Part shown: piece after piece, positions 30,327-40,715 of the stretch
Layout of the letters: each line of letters starts with the position of its first letter
How positions within the stretch are numbered: position 1 is the stretch's first letter
Origin: Polyangiaceae bacterium
GTDB taxonomy: Bacteria > Myxococcota_A > Polyangia > Polyangiales > Polyangiaceae
Direction: 5' to 3'
DNA: 64,000 bases
NCBI GenBank assembly: GCA_965222375.1
Contig: CBDCTZ010000011.1
Location: forward strand, 288,001 to 352,000
Program-made: the position numbers and the translations under genes
Notes under the pieces: generated by a model
Told to the model about the DNA's origin: nothing
The model's input: only the letters and a program-made list of their open reading frames with translations
The model's database searches: none

Positions 30327-31049
30327 TCAATCCCCGATCTGTCCATCGACGGTGTAGCCCAAGACGAGCCCGTAGCCGGTTGCGCCAAGCCACTGCCGCA
30401 ACTGACCTCCGATGAATAAGCCCCGGCTTGCGTCGAAACCCCAGCGGCGCCGCTCACTTCCGATGCGCAAGCCCGCTCCAGCATCGAATTCATCGGCGAA
30501 GCGAACAGCCTCGGAGCCGTGCCGCCGCGCATCCACGCTGAGCCAGGCAGGGCGAAAGAAGGCTGCGAAATGAAAAGGCCCGGGCAACTGTAGCTCCACC
30601 CGCGCCTCCGCAATCCAACGCGGCGCAAACGGGACTCGAGCCGTGACGCCAGACAAGTCGCCGCCTCCCATCACTGTCACCCAAGCAATGCCATCGACGA
30701 AGGCCGCGATGCCCACGGGCATCAGTCGTGCTTCGTAGGAAAACCCACCCGGAATACTGGCGCCGAAGTGGTAGCCCATGCCTGCGGCGATTCCCATCGG
30801 AAAGCTCCCCAGTGCAATGCCGCCGCGAAGATCGAGACCGGCGCTGGCAATGAAATCCGGAGAGGCGTGGTCGCGCTCGCTAAACCCGAGGCCCTGCGCC
30901 CCTATCACCACCGACGCCCCGCCGTGGTCGGGTTTGGCCGAAGCCACACGCGGAATTGCACTCAGCAGTGCGATCGACAAAGCGGTGCGCCACAACACGG
31001 TTGCCGGTGCACGATAGCCCAAAGCGCGTTGATGGATCGAGCCGCCCAA
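30327..31049 (-). CDS. Secreted protein, probable outer-membrane beta-barrel
   Basis: Signal-like N-terminus and amphipathic beta-strand pattern. Start uncertain. Confidence 0.6.
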   Translation of the reverse strand: MGGSIHQRALGYRAPATVLWRTALSIALLSAIPRVASAKPDHGGASVVIGAQGLGFSERDHASPDFIASAGLDLRGGIALGSFPMGIAAGMGYHFGASIPGGFSYEARLMPVGIAAFVDGIAWVTVMGGGDLSGVTARVPFAPRWIAEARVELQLPGPFHFAAFFRPAWLSVDARRHGSEAVRFADEFDAGAGLRIGSERRRWGFDASRGLFIGGQLRQWLGATGYGLVLGYTVDGQIGD

Positions 31050-31061
31050 TTTGGCCTCCTG

Positions 31062-31110
31062 CGAGAGTAGTGGCCCGGGGTCGCCCCAGGGACGCGACCC
31101 TCAAAAACCA
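31062..31110 (+). repeat. Dispersed bipartite intergenic repeat, copy 3
   Basis: CGAGAGTAGTGGCCC-N18-CGACCCTCAAAAACCA. Confidence 0.75.
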
Positions 31111-31178
31111 GACTTCAGTAATGAGTTTAGACGTTGTCCTTCAGGCGAAGCCAGCGCCATTAATGCTACCCTGCCGCG

Positions 31179-32543
31179 GTGTTACTAAGAGCGGCTTACC
31201 TTGCGAGCCCGCTATTCGCCGTCGTCGCGTGTCGCGGTGCGGCGCCTCCCGTCCACTCGGAGCAGAGCCCCAGGCTAGCCGCCCACCAAAGCGCGCCGGA
31301 TGTGGGCCTAGCCGATGCCGCCACCGTCGCACCGAAACCAACTCCGCCCTCTGCCCCGGCGCAGTTGGAGCCCGACGGAAACGACGAGGGCATAGAAACG
31401 CAGGCCGTGCTGCCCGCGCGAGGCAAGTTCGTCAAAGTGGGACGCCACTTCGCATCGCTGCAGCGAACCTGTGACCTGCGCGCCTTCGGCGGCAAGCTCT
31501 ACGCGGCACACGCCACGCGCCCCCTCATGTTCAGTGGTGCAACCATCACTCGCTACCATCCGGGGGAGCAGCGCTTCGAGTTGATGTTCGATTGGAATCG
31601 CCCAGGCCAGCCCGTCAAAGGCGGTGGGGCGGGACAGGGATTCTTGCGGGTGCGCGCGATTGACGGCCGCCTCTACGTTCCCGATGCCGACCCGCCCTAC
31701 CTGGGCTTGGGCATGACGCGCTTCGGCACCGAGGGTTACATCTTTGTCTCGGGCGCCGAGGGCAAATTCGCACCCGCGCGCCGTCCCGGCTTCCTGCCAC
31801 CCGCACTGTCCAAGGACGGCAAGGCCGGTAGCTTCGTGCTCCCGGGCGCGCTGCACGTTTTCGACGTGATCCGCTTCCGAGGTCGACTCTACGCGTCCAC
31901 TGGATCCGTGCTGAAGGACTGGAGCAAGAGCGGCGCGTCACCGGCAGCGCTTCACGTTAGCGCCGATTCGGGACTCTGGAAGGTGGCCGCCACGCACCCG
32001 GATCCGCCGGTACGCGGAAGCTGGCGGTTCCGCTATCTGATCCGATTCAAGGACCGGCTGTATGCCGCGGTGACGGACTTTGATGGTCGCGATGGCGTCG
32101 ACTACGTCGTGTACGCCCCTTCGCGTGAGCAAACTGAGTTGGGAAAAGGTCGAGCGGTGCAGGTCACCCGGCCCGGGGGCGCTTCCACGGTCAGGTGGTT
32201 TGCAGATGGCGGGAGGCTCTACTGGATTGTCTACGGTGGCTTGTTGGTCAGCAGCGATGGCCAGAGTTGGACCGCAGTGAAGCTTCCACAAGCCGCGGGA
32301 CAACCCACGGACCTGGCACGGGTCGGCAACGCGCTGCTGGTTCTGACGGAGCACGCCCTGCTTCGACTCGAAAAAGACGGTGCGCGCGCGGTCGCTTCCA
32401 TGCCAGGCAAGAAGAGCCCGTTTCGTTTCAAGGACGCTACCTGCGCCGCACCGCTCGCGGTACTGGGCGGGCATGTGTACGCCGGTGGACAGCGTAGGGG
32501 CGCGCTATATCGTTTGGAGCCAGACTTAGTGAGCTCGGATTGA
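31179..32543 (+). CDS. Lipoprotein, probable beta-propeller
   Basis: Lipobox AVVAC; repeated F/D-x-G-R/K-L-Y blades and an SSDGQSW Asp-box. Confidence 0.7.
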   Translation: MLLRAAYLASPLFAVVACRGAAPPVHSEQSPRLAAHQSAPDVGLADAATVAPKPTPPSAPAQLEPDGNDEGIETQAVLPARGKFVKVGRHFASLQRTCDLRAFGGKLYAAHATRPLMFSGATITRYHPGEQRFELMFDWNRPGQPVKGGGAGQGFLRVRAIDGRLYVPDADPPYLGLGMTRFGTEGYIFVSGAEGKFAPARRPGFLPPALSKDGKAGSFVLPGALHVFDVIRFRGRLYASTGSVLKDWSKSGASPAALHVSADSGLWKVAATHPDPPVRGSWRFRYLIRFKDRLYAAVTDFDGRDGVDYVVYAPSREQTELGKGRAVQVTRPGGASTVRWFADGGRLYWIVYGGLLVSSDGQSWTAVKLPQAAGQPTDLARVGNALLVLTEHALLRLEKDGARAVASMPGKKSPFRFKDATCAAPLAVLGGHVYAGGQRRGALYRLEPDLVSSD

Positions 32544-32622
32544 TCCCGGGTGGACGCGACTTCTCGTGTCGGAGTTGGCGCTGTCCGCCATGCAGCCTTC
32601 GGCGTGCTAGTCTCTCGGAAGC

Positions 32623-33714
32623 TTGCTCCGGAAGACGTTGTTTCTAGTCTGCATCTGCAGCGTAGGGTGCACCTCGCTACTCGGTATCGATGGCGACTAC
32701 GATGACGGGCCAACACTGCCGAGCCAAGATGCGAGCACCGGCGGCGTCAGCGCTGACGCAGGCAGCGACGCAGGCGATGCTACGGGTGGCGTGGGAGGCA
32801 GCGGAGCCGGCTCTGACGGCGGTCCCGGAACCGAAGACTGCAGCAACGGACTCGATGACGACGGCGATGACGCAATCGATTGCGCCGATCCGAAGTGTCA
32901 AGCACAAGGCTACACCTGCGTTGCAGCCGCCCCCAGCGGGTGGTCCGGACCCTTCGCGTATTGGGTGGGCACCCCCAGCCACGCGCCGTGTCCGTCCGCC
33001 TATCCCGCCTCCGTCTTCAAGGGGTGGTCCGATCTGACGGCGCCGGCTTCGGACTGCAGCTGCAGTTGCGTCAAAGCTGGTGACGACTGCGAAGCCCAGG
33101 TCGGCTGGTGGCCCTGGAAGTCTCCGCCGACGTGCGGGAGCACACCGACCGGCAACTGGTATTCCGGAGTCAACTGCAACGTTGCAGACGGCGGCAACTT
33201 CAAGCTGTTTGGGTTTCGCAGCACCGCCCAGTGCACGCCCAAGGTGTCCAACAAGATGACTCCACCGGCGACTTGGAAAACCGGCAAGCAGCTATGCGAG
33301 GCTTCGAACCTCGGGGCATGCGTGGCGAAGGACCAAGTCTGCGCGCCGCCCATTCCAACGCCCTTCGCCAGCAAGAATTGCGTAGCAAAGCTGGGCGCTC
33401 ACAGCTGCCCGTCTCCTTATCTCACCGCTCATCAGCTCTATCAAGACGTCGCCGATAGTCGGGACTGCACCTGCAGCTGCAATCTGGCTCACGGCAGCTG
33501 CAGCGCCGAGGTCGCATTGCCCGTCAACAGCTGCTTTCAATCGTTTCCCCTCAAACCCAAGGTGGGTGAATGCCACCTCACGGCGAGTTCTTCCGCGAAA
33601 GTCAGCATCAAGGTTCAAAAGGACTCGATCACGACCAGCGCCAGCTGCACGCCCGCCAAACAACAGACGGGCAGCGCGACACCGTCGGAGCTCGTGACCG
33701 TGTGCTGCCTGTGA
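32623..33714 (+). CDS. Cys-rich lipoprotein with acidic metal-binding motif
   Basis: Lipobox SVGC, EDCSNGLDDDGDDAIDCADPKC, CSCSC and CTCSC, ends TVCCL. Confidence 0.8.
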   Translation: MLRKTLFLVCICSVGCTSLLGIDGDYDDGPTLPSQDASTGGVSADAGSDAGDATGGVGGSGAGSDGGPGTEDCSNGLDDDGDDAIDCADPKCQAQGYTCVAAAPSGWSGPFAYWVGTPSHAPCPSAYPASVFKGWSDLTAPASDCSCSCVKAGDDCEAQVGWWPWKSPPTCGSTPTGNWYSGVNCNVADGGNFKLFGFRSTAQCTPKVSNKMTPPATWKTGKQLCEASNLGACVAKDQVCAPPIPTPFASKNCVAKLGAHSCPSPYLTAHQLYQDVADSRDCTCSCNLAHGSCSAEVALPVNSCFQSFPLKPKVGECHLTASSSAKVSIKVQKDSITTSASCTPAKQQTGSATPSELVTVCCL

Positions 33715-33785
33715 GCACGGCCAACCGTCTCAACGCCAGCGCTCAACACGCCTGAGCGCTGGCGCTGCACCCGCTTGGCTTAGTT

Positions 33786-33833
33786 CGAGAGTAGTGGCCT
33801 AGTGCCGCCCCATCGCTCGACCCCAAACCAACC
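33786..33833 (+). repeat. Dispersed bipartite intergenic repeat, copy 4
   Basis: CGAGAGTAGTGGCCT-N17-CGACCCCAAACCAACC. Confidence 0.75.
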
Positions 33834-33978
33834 ACTCACACCAGGTGATTGGGGGTGTCAGTTGAGCGTTCCTTGAACATTGTCTGAGCTCTTTTTCAAC
33901 CACCTTTGCGCGGTCAAATCCGTTGCTATCGTCTCGAGAGTCAGGGTCCTTCGACCTCAAGACTTACGGGAGAAAACG

Positions 33979-34302
33979 ATGAAACGGATGGGCAATGCAT
34001 TGGCGGTGGGTGGAGCCGCTCTTCTCTTGTGTTTCAGCGCGGCGGAGCCCGCGCACTCGGCGTCGAACGGGATCAACGCGCTCATCGCCGCGACCCAGTT
34101 GAAGGTCAATCAAGCGAACGAGGAGGCGCTGGATGGCGCGAACAAGCAGCGCGCAGCCCTGAAGGCTCAGAAGAGCGCCCGAAATCGCAAGCAGATCAAG
34201 CAATTGCTCAAGCTGAACGAAAAACACGCCAAGAACTACGCGAAGATCTCTCGGCAGCTGCGAGAAGTTCAGGCCCGTCTGAAGAAGACGAACTGCAAGT
34301 AG
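33979..34302 (+). CDS. Small secreted basic coiled-coil protein
   Basis: RBS GGGAG, signal peptide ending AHS/A, helical Lys/Gln-rich body. Confidence 0.7.
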   Translation: MKRMGNALAVGGAALLLCFSAAEPAHSASNGINALIAATQLKVNQANEEALDGANKQRAALKAQKSARNRKQIKQLLKLNEKHAKNYAKISRQLREVQARLKKTNCK

Positions 34303-34315
34303 ACGAGCAGGAGGG

Positions 34316-36226
34316 ATGACCATGAACCACGCAGCCCACGCACGCTCCCTGTTCGAGCGCGACTATTTCACTGCTTGCATCGACGAAGCGCTGCTTGGGT
34401 TGAGCAAAGCACCGAAGGCCGAACAGACCGAGCTTCGCGTCCTGGTGGCTAAAGCTCTCGAGAAGATGCGCCAATACCCTCAGGCGCTGGGGTACTTGAA
34501 CCGCGTTCTCGAGCGCGCGCCGGACCACGCGCATGGGTTGGCCCATCGTGGCAGCGTGCTCGACCGCTTGTTGCAGCAGGAGCGGGCCAAGGCGGACCTG
34601 AGTCGGGCCGTGGAATTGGATCCTGACTACGCACACGGGTGGGAAAACCTGTTCTACGTCTCTTTCGACACCAGGGACGGTGCTGGCTGTGACCGCGCTC
34701 TCGAGAACTTGGAGCGACTGGGCAAGGAGAAGGGCTACTTGTATCGGCTGCGTGGGGCTCGGCGGTTGGAAGAAGGCGATCGTGATGGGGCAGAAGACGA
34801 TCTGCGCCGCGCCTGTGCTCACAAGATTGGTGACCCCATGGCTGCGGATGTGATGTCCCAGGCTGGCATGACGCTGCAGAGCGGGGACGAATTCGCAATG
34901 TTCGCCGTCCAGCGAGAGCGCGACGACGCGGAGGCGGCGATCGACAACTTCAACAAGGCGATCGAGTTGGGACTGACCAGCTCTCGTCGGGATATGCGCT
35001 GCGTCGAACGGTTGGCAAAGCAGCTGATACCTCAGAATCGCCGGGACGAGGCGGTGGCGGCAGCCCAAGGCCTGACGCAGCGTCACCCGGAGGTTGCTGA
35101 GTGTTGGCTGGCTCGCGCGGTCATTGACGGCGACGTTGCCTCGGTGGAAAAGGCCTACGCCCTATCCGAGGAAGAAGCCGCAGTGCCCTACGCCCGGCAC
35201 TTGCAGAGCGCGGGCCGTGCTCGAGACGCAGCTGGCGTATGCGAAAAGCGCATTGAGGAGGATGCGGACGATGCAGCGGCGCACGCGCTCATGGGCGACG
35301 TGCAGATGGCTCTGGGCGAGCGCGACGCGGCGAAAGCAGCCTGGTTGCGCGCCGAGGCGTTGGGCAACTTGGACGCGGGCAAGGCGCGATGTGCCGCCTT
35401 TGGTCCAGAGTTCGGGATGGATCACTTCAACTCGGCCCTCGAGCTCTTGGACCGTCGCCGTCACCTGAATGCCGCGGCCGAGTTCGAGACGGCGATCAAC
35501 TGCTTTCGCGAAGAGATCAAGGTGCCCGGCGATCGGGCCCATCGCTACCTGGCCAAGTCCCTATACAACTCAGGCTTCCTGCGTGAACTCAAAGTCGATG
35601 AGTCGATCATCGAACCCAATTTTCGCGAAGCCGTGGAACTCGACCCCTGGTACCCAGACGCCATGAACTCTCTGGGCACGCTGTGCTTGCGGACGGATAG
35701 GGTCAATGAGGGCCTGGAGTTGTTCGCCCGGGCAGGCGAAGCGGATCCCTCCGCTGGCCAGCCTTGGTTCTATCGTGCACGCCACTTCAATGAGCTTGGG
35801 GACCTCGACCAAGCCATCGAGAGTGCGACCAAGGCCTTCGACGCCTACTCTCGGCGTGGTCAGATACAGTTTGCAGCTGACGCCGTGATGCTGCGAGGCC
35901 AAGCCAACGAGGCACGCGGGCAGCTTCAGGCCGCCAAGACGGATTACGATCTCGCCTACGAGTGCGGGCACCCAACGGGCTTCGCCATGGGCGATCACAT
36001 TCGCCAACGAATTGCCGTCGACGACCCGACAAGCGAGGAAGCCATGGACCTGCTCGACAAGGTCATTGGCCGGCTCAAGAACGGTGAGTGCCCCTGGTCC
36101 GAGATGGACTTCTTGGAAGCCCGCGTTGACGCCTCGGAAAAGGCGAGGGGTCTCGTTGTCAAACTGGTGAAGAACGAGAGGCTGGACGACGAAGAGACCC
36201 GCTGGCTGATCGAATACCTGGAGTGA
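34316..36226 (+). CDS. Tetratricopeptide repeat protein
   Basis: Multiple TPR-like units (AVELDPDYAHGW, AVELDPWYPDA). Confidence 0.85.
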   Translation: MTMNHAAHARSLFERDYFTACIDEALLGLSKAPKAEQTELRVLVAKALEKMRQYPQALGYLNRVLERAPDHAHGLAHRGSVLDRLLQQERAKADLSRAVELDPDYAHGWENLFYVSFDTRDGAGCDRALENLERLGKEKGYLYRLRGARRLEEGDRDGAEDDLRRACAHKIGDPMAADVMSQAGMTLQSGDEFAMFAVQRERDDAEAAIDNFNKAIELGLTSSRRDMRCVERLAKQLIPQNRRDEAVAAAQGLTQRHPEVAECWLARAVIDGDVASVEKAYALSEEEAAVPYARHLQSAGRARDAAGVCEKRIEEDADDAAAHALMGDVQMALGERDAAKAAWLRAEALGNLDAGKARCAAFGPEFGMDHFNSALELLDRRRHLNAAAEFETAINCFREEIKVPGDRAHRYLAKSLYNSGFLRELKVDESIIEPNFREAVELDPWYPDAMNSLGTLCLRTDRVNEGLELFARAGEADPSAGQPWFYRARHFNELGDLDQAIESATKAFDAYSRRGQIQFAADAVMLRGQANEARGQLQAAKTDYDLAYECGHPTGFAMGDHIRQRIAVDDPTSEEAMDLLDKVIGRLKNGECPWSEMDFLEARVDASEKARGLVVKLVKNERLDDEETRWLIEYLE

Positions 36227-36229
36227 TCC

Positions 36230-36276
36230 TTGGGTTTGGGGTCGGTTCCCTGAGCGGCCCAGGGCCACTACTCTCG
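36230..36276 (-). repeat. Dispersed bipartite intergenic repeat, copy 5
   Basis: Minus strand CGAGAGTAGTGGCCC-N17-CGACCCCAAACCCAA, located between convergent genes. Confidence 0.75.
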
Positions 36277-36373
36277 TAATGGGCCACGGGCTTCGGGTTT
36301 CGTCGCACGAACGCCCGCGGACGACCCGCGTGGTACTCGCAACGGCTGCGAGCTCTTCACTCCTTCTTCGAGC

Positions 36374-37609
36374 TCAACCCAGGGCGCGGAGCACCGCCGC
36401 GTCCTTGCCGGCGAGCACGGCGCCCACGGCAGCTCTGAAGTCCAAGGATGCCGACGAGCTGGCAGCACGTGCTAACCTGGCCCTGTCGCCTTCGTTTGCC
36501 CTGACCGAGAGTGCGATGGCCGCCGCCAGGCGCACGGCAGGCGGCGTGCTCGCGCTCTCCAAGGCGCGCCAAAGCTCGTCTGCGTCTACGACGCGGGAGC
36601 GGTACTCGGCTTCGTGTTTGCCCATCGAGCGAAGGCTCTCGAGCCATTCTGCCGCGGGTTGATTGCCTCGCACGAGCGCCGCGGTTGGCGTCGGAACAGC
36701 ACGGGCCTGCATGCCTTCTCGAATCGCTTTCGCCACGAAGTCTGGCTCGGCTTCGTCGCCACTGCCGGAAACCTGCCGTGCCTCGACTGTGCGCAGTCGA
36801 ACCTTGGAGCCATCCCGCAGCACGACGGTCACTCCGCGAGGTGGGTACTCCCTCGAGCGGCGTCGGTGCGGCTTCCACTCCTGCACTTGTTCGACCTGTC
36901 GATAGGCGACGAAGCGCCTGAAACCCATGCGGTTGACGGCGAAGCCATCAGCCCCGATTTCGATGCGCTTCGCGCCCAGCAGTTGGAATGCGAAGGGAAA
37001 CGACAGCCCGAAGGCGAGCAGCAGTATCCCGACGAACATTGGTACCTCGAGGGTCGCGAAAACTATCGCCACGGGCACGAAACCCGCCCCCAACACGGCG
37101 GGTATTAGCCAAGCCCACCGCGTGAGCGGGCCCGCTTTCAGCAGCACGCGCGCTGTGCGCTGGTGGGGAGCTAGCTCCAAGGCGCTGAGCAGCTGTCGCC
37201 CCTCGGCAGGCGACTTCATGCGGATACGAAGTGCGAACCTGCCGCTTGGGCGAAACAACCAAACGTAGGTTTCGTGGTCAGCCACGCTCGTGATCCCTCC
37301 CCCGAGCTCCGGCGCCGGGGCAACCAACGCCTCGCCCATATGAACGCCGGCGCTGTCGGCTCGCAGTCGGCCGCTTCGATAGGAGACCAAACGCGGGAAT
37401 CCGACGGCCGCCAGCAAGCTCAAGCCCGCGACTCCGATCAGGAAGGGATTGCGGATCAGGCTAGCTATCGCGACCAAGCCGCAAACGACGGCCAGCTTGG
37501 TGAGCCCCTGATGTCGATAGGGTAGCTCTAGGTAGCCGTCGACGGATTCGTAGGTCGCGCTCACCGACGCCCCGCTTGTCTTGGATCCCAGGACGACTTG
37601 CTCAGCCAA
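36374..37609 (-). CDS. Membrane protein with two TM-hairpin/PH-like modules
   Basis: Two pairs of TM helices each followed by a beta-rich segment; helical C-terminus. Confidence 0.65.
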   Translation of the reverse strand: MAEQVVLGSKTSGASVSATYESVDGYLELPYRHQGLTKLAVVCGLVAIASLIRNPFLIGVAGLSLLAAVGFPRLVSYRSGRLRADSAGVHMGEALVAPAPELGGGITSVADHETYVWLFRPSGRFALRIRMKSPAEGRQLLSALELAPHQRTARVLLKAGPLTRWAWLIPAVLGAGFVPVAIVFATLEVPMFVGILLLAFGLSFPFAFQLLGAKRIEIGADGFAVNRMGFRRFVAYRQVEQVQEWKPHRRRSREYPPRGVTVVLRDGSKVRLRTVEARQVSGSGDEAEPDFVAKAIREGMQARAVPTPTAALVRGNQPAAEWLESLRSMGKHEAEYRSRVVDADELWRALESASTPPAVRLAAAIALSVRANEGDRARLARAASSSASLDFRAAVGAVLAGKDAAVLRALG

Positions 37610-37884
37610 GGTCCGCGCAGTGTTCCTTCGCGTTGGCGTGCAAGCAAGGGCGTGTGCAAAGCGCCGTAGGTGTCCGGACGTTGCTCAACCAACATCCGGA
37701 CCCACTCTGCAAAGCTCCGGTCATTCCGACCTGACCCAGTTCTGACGGGGCCGCCCGGCCGCCCTCATTTTCTTTCATAAACCCGGGCCGCGCGGCGCAC
37801 TCAGTACTGTTGGGCATCGATTTGCCCAGTTTTTCTTTCCATTTGGCCGTCCCTGTCCTGAGGGTGAGCCGCTCAATCGGAGGA

Positions 37885-39243
37885 ATGATGCGCTCAATCT
37901 GGTTCGCCCTATCGGCCGTTGGCCTGATGGCCCTGAGCGCGTGTTCTTCCGGGTCCGGTGGCGGTTCGGGTGCGGGTGGCTCCGCAGGTGCTGGCGCATT
38001 TGGGGGTGTGGCTGCCAGCGCCGGAAGCGGAGGCAGCGCCGGCGCGGCAGGCGGAGGCGCAGGCGGGCAGGGTGCAGGTGGGGGCATCGGAGGGTTTGCG
38101 ACGGGGGGCAGTGCCGGGCAGAGCGGTGGCAGCGGCGGAGTTGCAGGGAGCGCGGGAGCGGGCGGGAATGCGGGCGCACCTCAGACCCCGGGCTGCGATC
38201 TGTTTCAAGGCGACTGCAGCGGTGGCACCGGCTGCGCCACAAAGCTCTACACAGAGGCTGACTGTGGCGCCTGTGGCGTCAGCTGCGGCGCGTTTCAGTC
38301 CTGCATCGGTAGCGTGTGTGCCGAGTCCATCAATCCCTACTCGTACTCGTCCAGTCAGCACTTCCACGGCCGAGACGGAGTCATCTTGGTGTTCAAGGAC
38401 ACGACGAGCGTGCGAGTCGTGGCCAAGGTTGGCGCCGACGTCGGGGTGGCCACCAAGTTCGGCACCTTGGAAGGTGATGCATACACCTTCTGCTCGTCGC
38501 CGACGGTTGCCGAAGGTCCCGACGGAGCGGTGTACTTCTCCTGTACCGGCAACCGTATCTTCAAGATCCCCGCTAACGGTGGCAAGGCGGCTGACTTGCT
38601 GCAGGGGAGCGAGCCGAAGTCCAACAACGTTGAGAATCTGGCGGTCCTGGGGACCAAGTTGTTTTACGTCGGATCCGATGGGATCTATCGCGTCAACGTC
38701 GATGGAACCGGTAACGAACTATGGACGAAGAACTATTGCGTCAGTCAGCTCAGTGTCGACGAGGCGCTTTCCGAAGTCGTGTTCGCTTGCCGCTATGACC
38801 ACAAGATCCGCGTCCGTGGTGCCAACAAAGGCCCCGAGCTGAACTTCGTCTACGATCGGGAGCTGGCTGCGCAAGCCGAATCAGGCTTGTTTATCGATGC
38901 GACCCACTACTGGTACACGCGCCTCGACAAGCTAGTCGGCAGCTTTTATCAGGGCGCGCTGCTGCGGATTCCGAAGCAGGGCGGGGCCCAGGAGACGATG
39001 CTGGACATCTTTTCGCCACCGGTGCCGCGAGCTCACGTTGGCAAGGCTGGGCCCTACGCCCTGCAGATGATAAGCGAAAAGGATCATCACTTCCGTATCC
39101 TGAAGGTGGGACCCAACGGAGCGCACCAGGTCGTGCGCGACTGGGTCCGTGGCTACGGCAAGACCGGCTCCAGCATGTTCTTCGTGGGCAAGTCCAATCT
39201 GATCTTCGAGCCCTACGGGAAGATGGTGCGCTTGCCGTTGTAG
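37885..39243 (+). CDS. Gly-rich lipoprotein with Cys module and probable beta-propeller
   Basis: Lipobox ALSAC, Gly linker, DCGACGVSC, blades such as IFKIPANGG and LLRIPKQGG. Confidence 0.8.
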   Translation: MMRSIWFALSAVGLMALSACSSGSGGGSGAGGSAGAGAFGGVAASAGSGGSAGAAGGGAGGQGAGGGIGGFATGGSAGQSGGSGGVAGSAGAGGNAGAPQTPGCDLFQGDCSGGTGCATKLYTEADCGACGVSCGAFQSCIGSVCAESINPYSYSSSQHFHGRDGVILVFKDTTSVRVVAKVGADVGVATKFGTLEGDAYTFCSSPTVAEGPDGAVYFSCTGNRIFKIPANGGKAADLLQGSEPKSNNVENLAVLGTKLFYVGSDGIYRVNVDGTGNELWTKNYCVSQLSVDEALSEVVFACRYDHKIRVRGANKGPELNFVYDRELAAQAESGLFIDATHYWYTRLDKLVGSFYQGALLRIPKQGGAQETMLDIFSPPVPRAHVGKAGPYALQMISEKDHHFRILKVGPNGAHQVVRDWVRGYGKTGSSMFFVGKSNLIFEPYGKMVRLPL

Positions 39244-39260
39244 CCCGAGCCGGTTGGCTG

Positions 39261-40658
39261 ATGGCCCTCACTCGAAAAGAAGAAGACATGTTGAACCAGG
39301 AGAACAGGCGCTACTTTGCATTCATCGCCACGCTAGCTGCGTTCGGTTGCAGCTCGGGATCCGGGGGCGGCGGGACCGACGCCGGCGCCGGGGCGGCCTC
39401 GGGATCCGGTGGCGTGGGTGGTTTCGGCGCGTTCGGTGGCAGCTCCGGTTCGACGAGTACTGGCGGCACCGCAGGGGCGGCGAGCGGCGGCAGTGACGCT
39501 GGTATCGGGGCGACCGGTGGGGTCGGCGCCACTGGCGGTGCAGCGGGGTCGAGCGGCAGCGGCGGAAGCGGTGGCGCGACGGGAGGCAGTGGCGGTACCG
39601 GCGGCGGCACAGGAGGCACCGGTGGCGGTTCCGGCGGCACGCTGGGCGTCTCAGAAAACGTGGCGTTGGCTTGCGGCACAACGCAATGCCTTGCCGCGTG
39701 GCATCGCTCGGGAGCGCTGTACGGTGTCAAGATAGACTCCGCGGGCAAGCCGGCGTCTGCCGCACTCCTGCAACCGGCGCTCTCAGGCACGATCCTCACC
39801 AAGAGCGACTACGTGGCTGCGGAAGGCGGCACGCTCTACGCGCTACACGAGACCCAGAGTGGCTCGTCGCTTTTGGGGCGCCTGGTGACCGTGTCGACTA
39901 CGACCAGCGTGAAGGCGTTGCCCACCCTCAGCCTCACCAGTGGCACCATGAGCAAGACCCGCCTGGCCTGGGCCCACGGTCGGGGAATGGTGACCCGTCG
40001 CTACTTCAACAGCAGTTTCGGCTCGAGCCCGGACGTTTCTTTTCTGTCGCCGGCAGGCGCCTGGCTCGGCGGTCACCAAGACTTCCCGTACCTCACGGGC
40101 TTCAACTTCGGGCCCTTCAGTGCAGCCGTGAGCGACGGCTTCGTGATGCGCTGGGATGCCGACGACGGCGTATTCCCTCCGGATTGCGGCTGGGCGAAGT
40201 TCACGAAGACCGGCGCCAAGGCCAGCATCAACTGCCCCACGGACCCCCAGAACACCACCGTGTACACCCTTCGATCCTTCGGCGGGACGGCGTATTCACT
40301 CCGGACCCTGGCATCGCTTCTGGTTCTGCGCGGCGACAACCTCGATGGCACGCCCGGATTCAGCTTGTCCTCCATCGACAAGCAGTCGCGCTACTTGGCG
40401 GTCAACGCCACTCACGCTTGGACGTTCACCTTCGCCGGCAAGGTCGAGCGTTTCGAGCTGGCGACGAAGACCAAGACAGGAAGTTTGACTCTGCCTTCCC
40501 CGGGCTCGCCCGTCGGTGGTACGGCCGTGGCGCTGCTACCCGGTCGCGTGGTGGTCGCTCGCATTCCCTCGAGCAACACTAGCTTCTCCGCGATCATCAA
40601 CTCGTTCCCAATCACGTCCATGGACGAGAAGGATATCGTCACGGATGTGATTCCCTAG
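39261..40658 (+). CDS. Gly-rich lipoprotein with beta-rich C-terminal domain
   Basis: Lipobox AAFGC and long Gly/Ser/Thr linker; start may be ATG 39288. Confidence 0.75.
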   Translation: MALTRKEEDMLNQENRRYFAFIATLAAFGCSSGSGGGGTDAGAGAASGSGGVGGFGAFGGSSGSTSTGGTAGAASGGSDAGIGATGGVGATGGAAGSSGSGGSGGATGGSGGTGGGTGGTGGGSGGTLGVSENVALACGTTQCLAAWHRSGALYGVKIDSAGKPASAALLQPALSGTILTKSDYVAAEGGTLYALHETQSGSSLLGRLVTVSTTTSVKALPTLSLTSGTMSKTRLAWAHGRGMVTRRYFNSSFGSSPDVSFLSPAGAWLGGHQDFPYLTGFNFGPFSAAVSDGFVMRWDADDGVFPPDCGWAKFTKTGAKASINCPTDPQNTTVYTLRSFGGTAYSLRTLASLLVLRGDNLDGTPGFSLSSIDKQSRYLAVNATHAWTFTFAGKVERFELATKTKTGSLTLPSPGSPVGGTAVALLPGRVVVARIPSSNTSFSAIINSFPITSMDEKDIVTDVIP

Positions 40659-40715
40659 TCGGCCTGACTGTTTCGTCTGGGCGCGGAGCGTCGGCTGCGG
40701 GAGGACTCGCGCCGA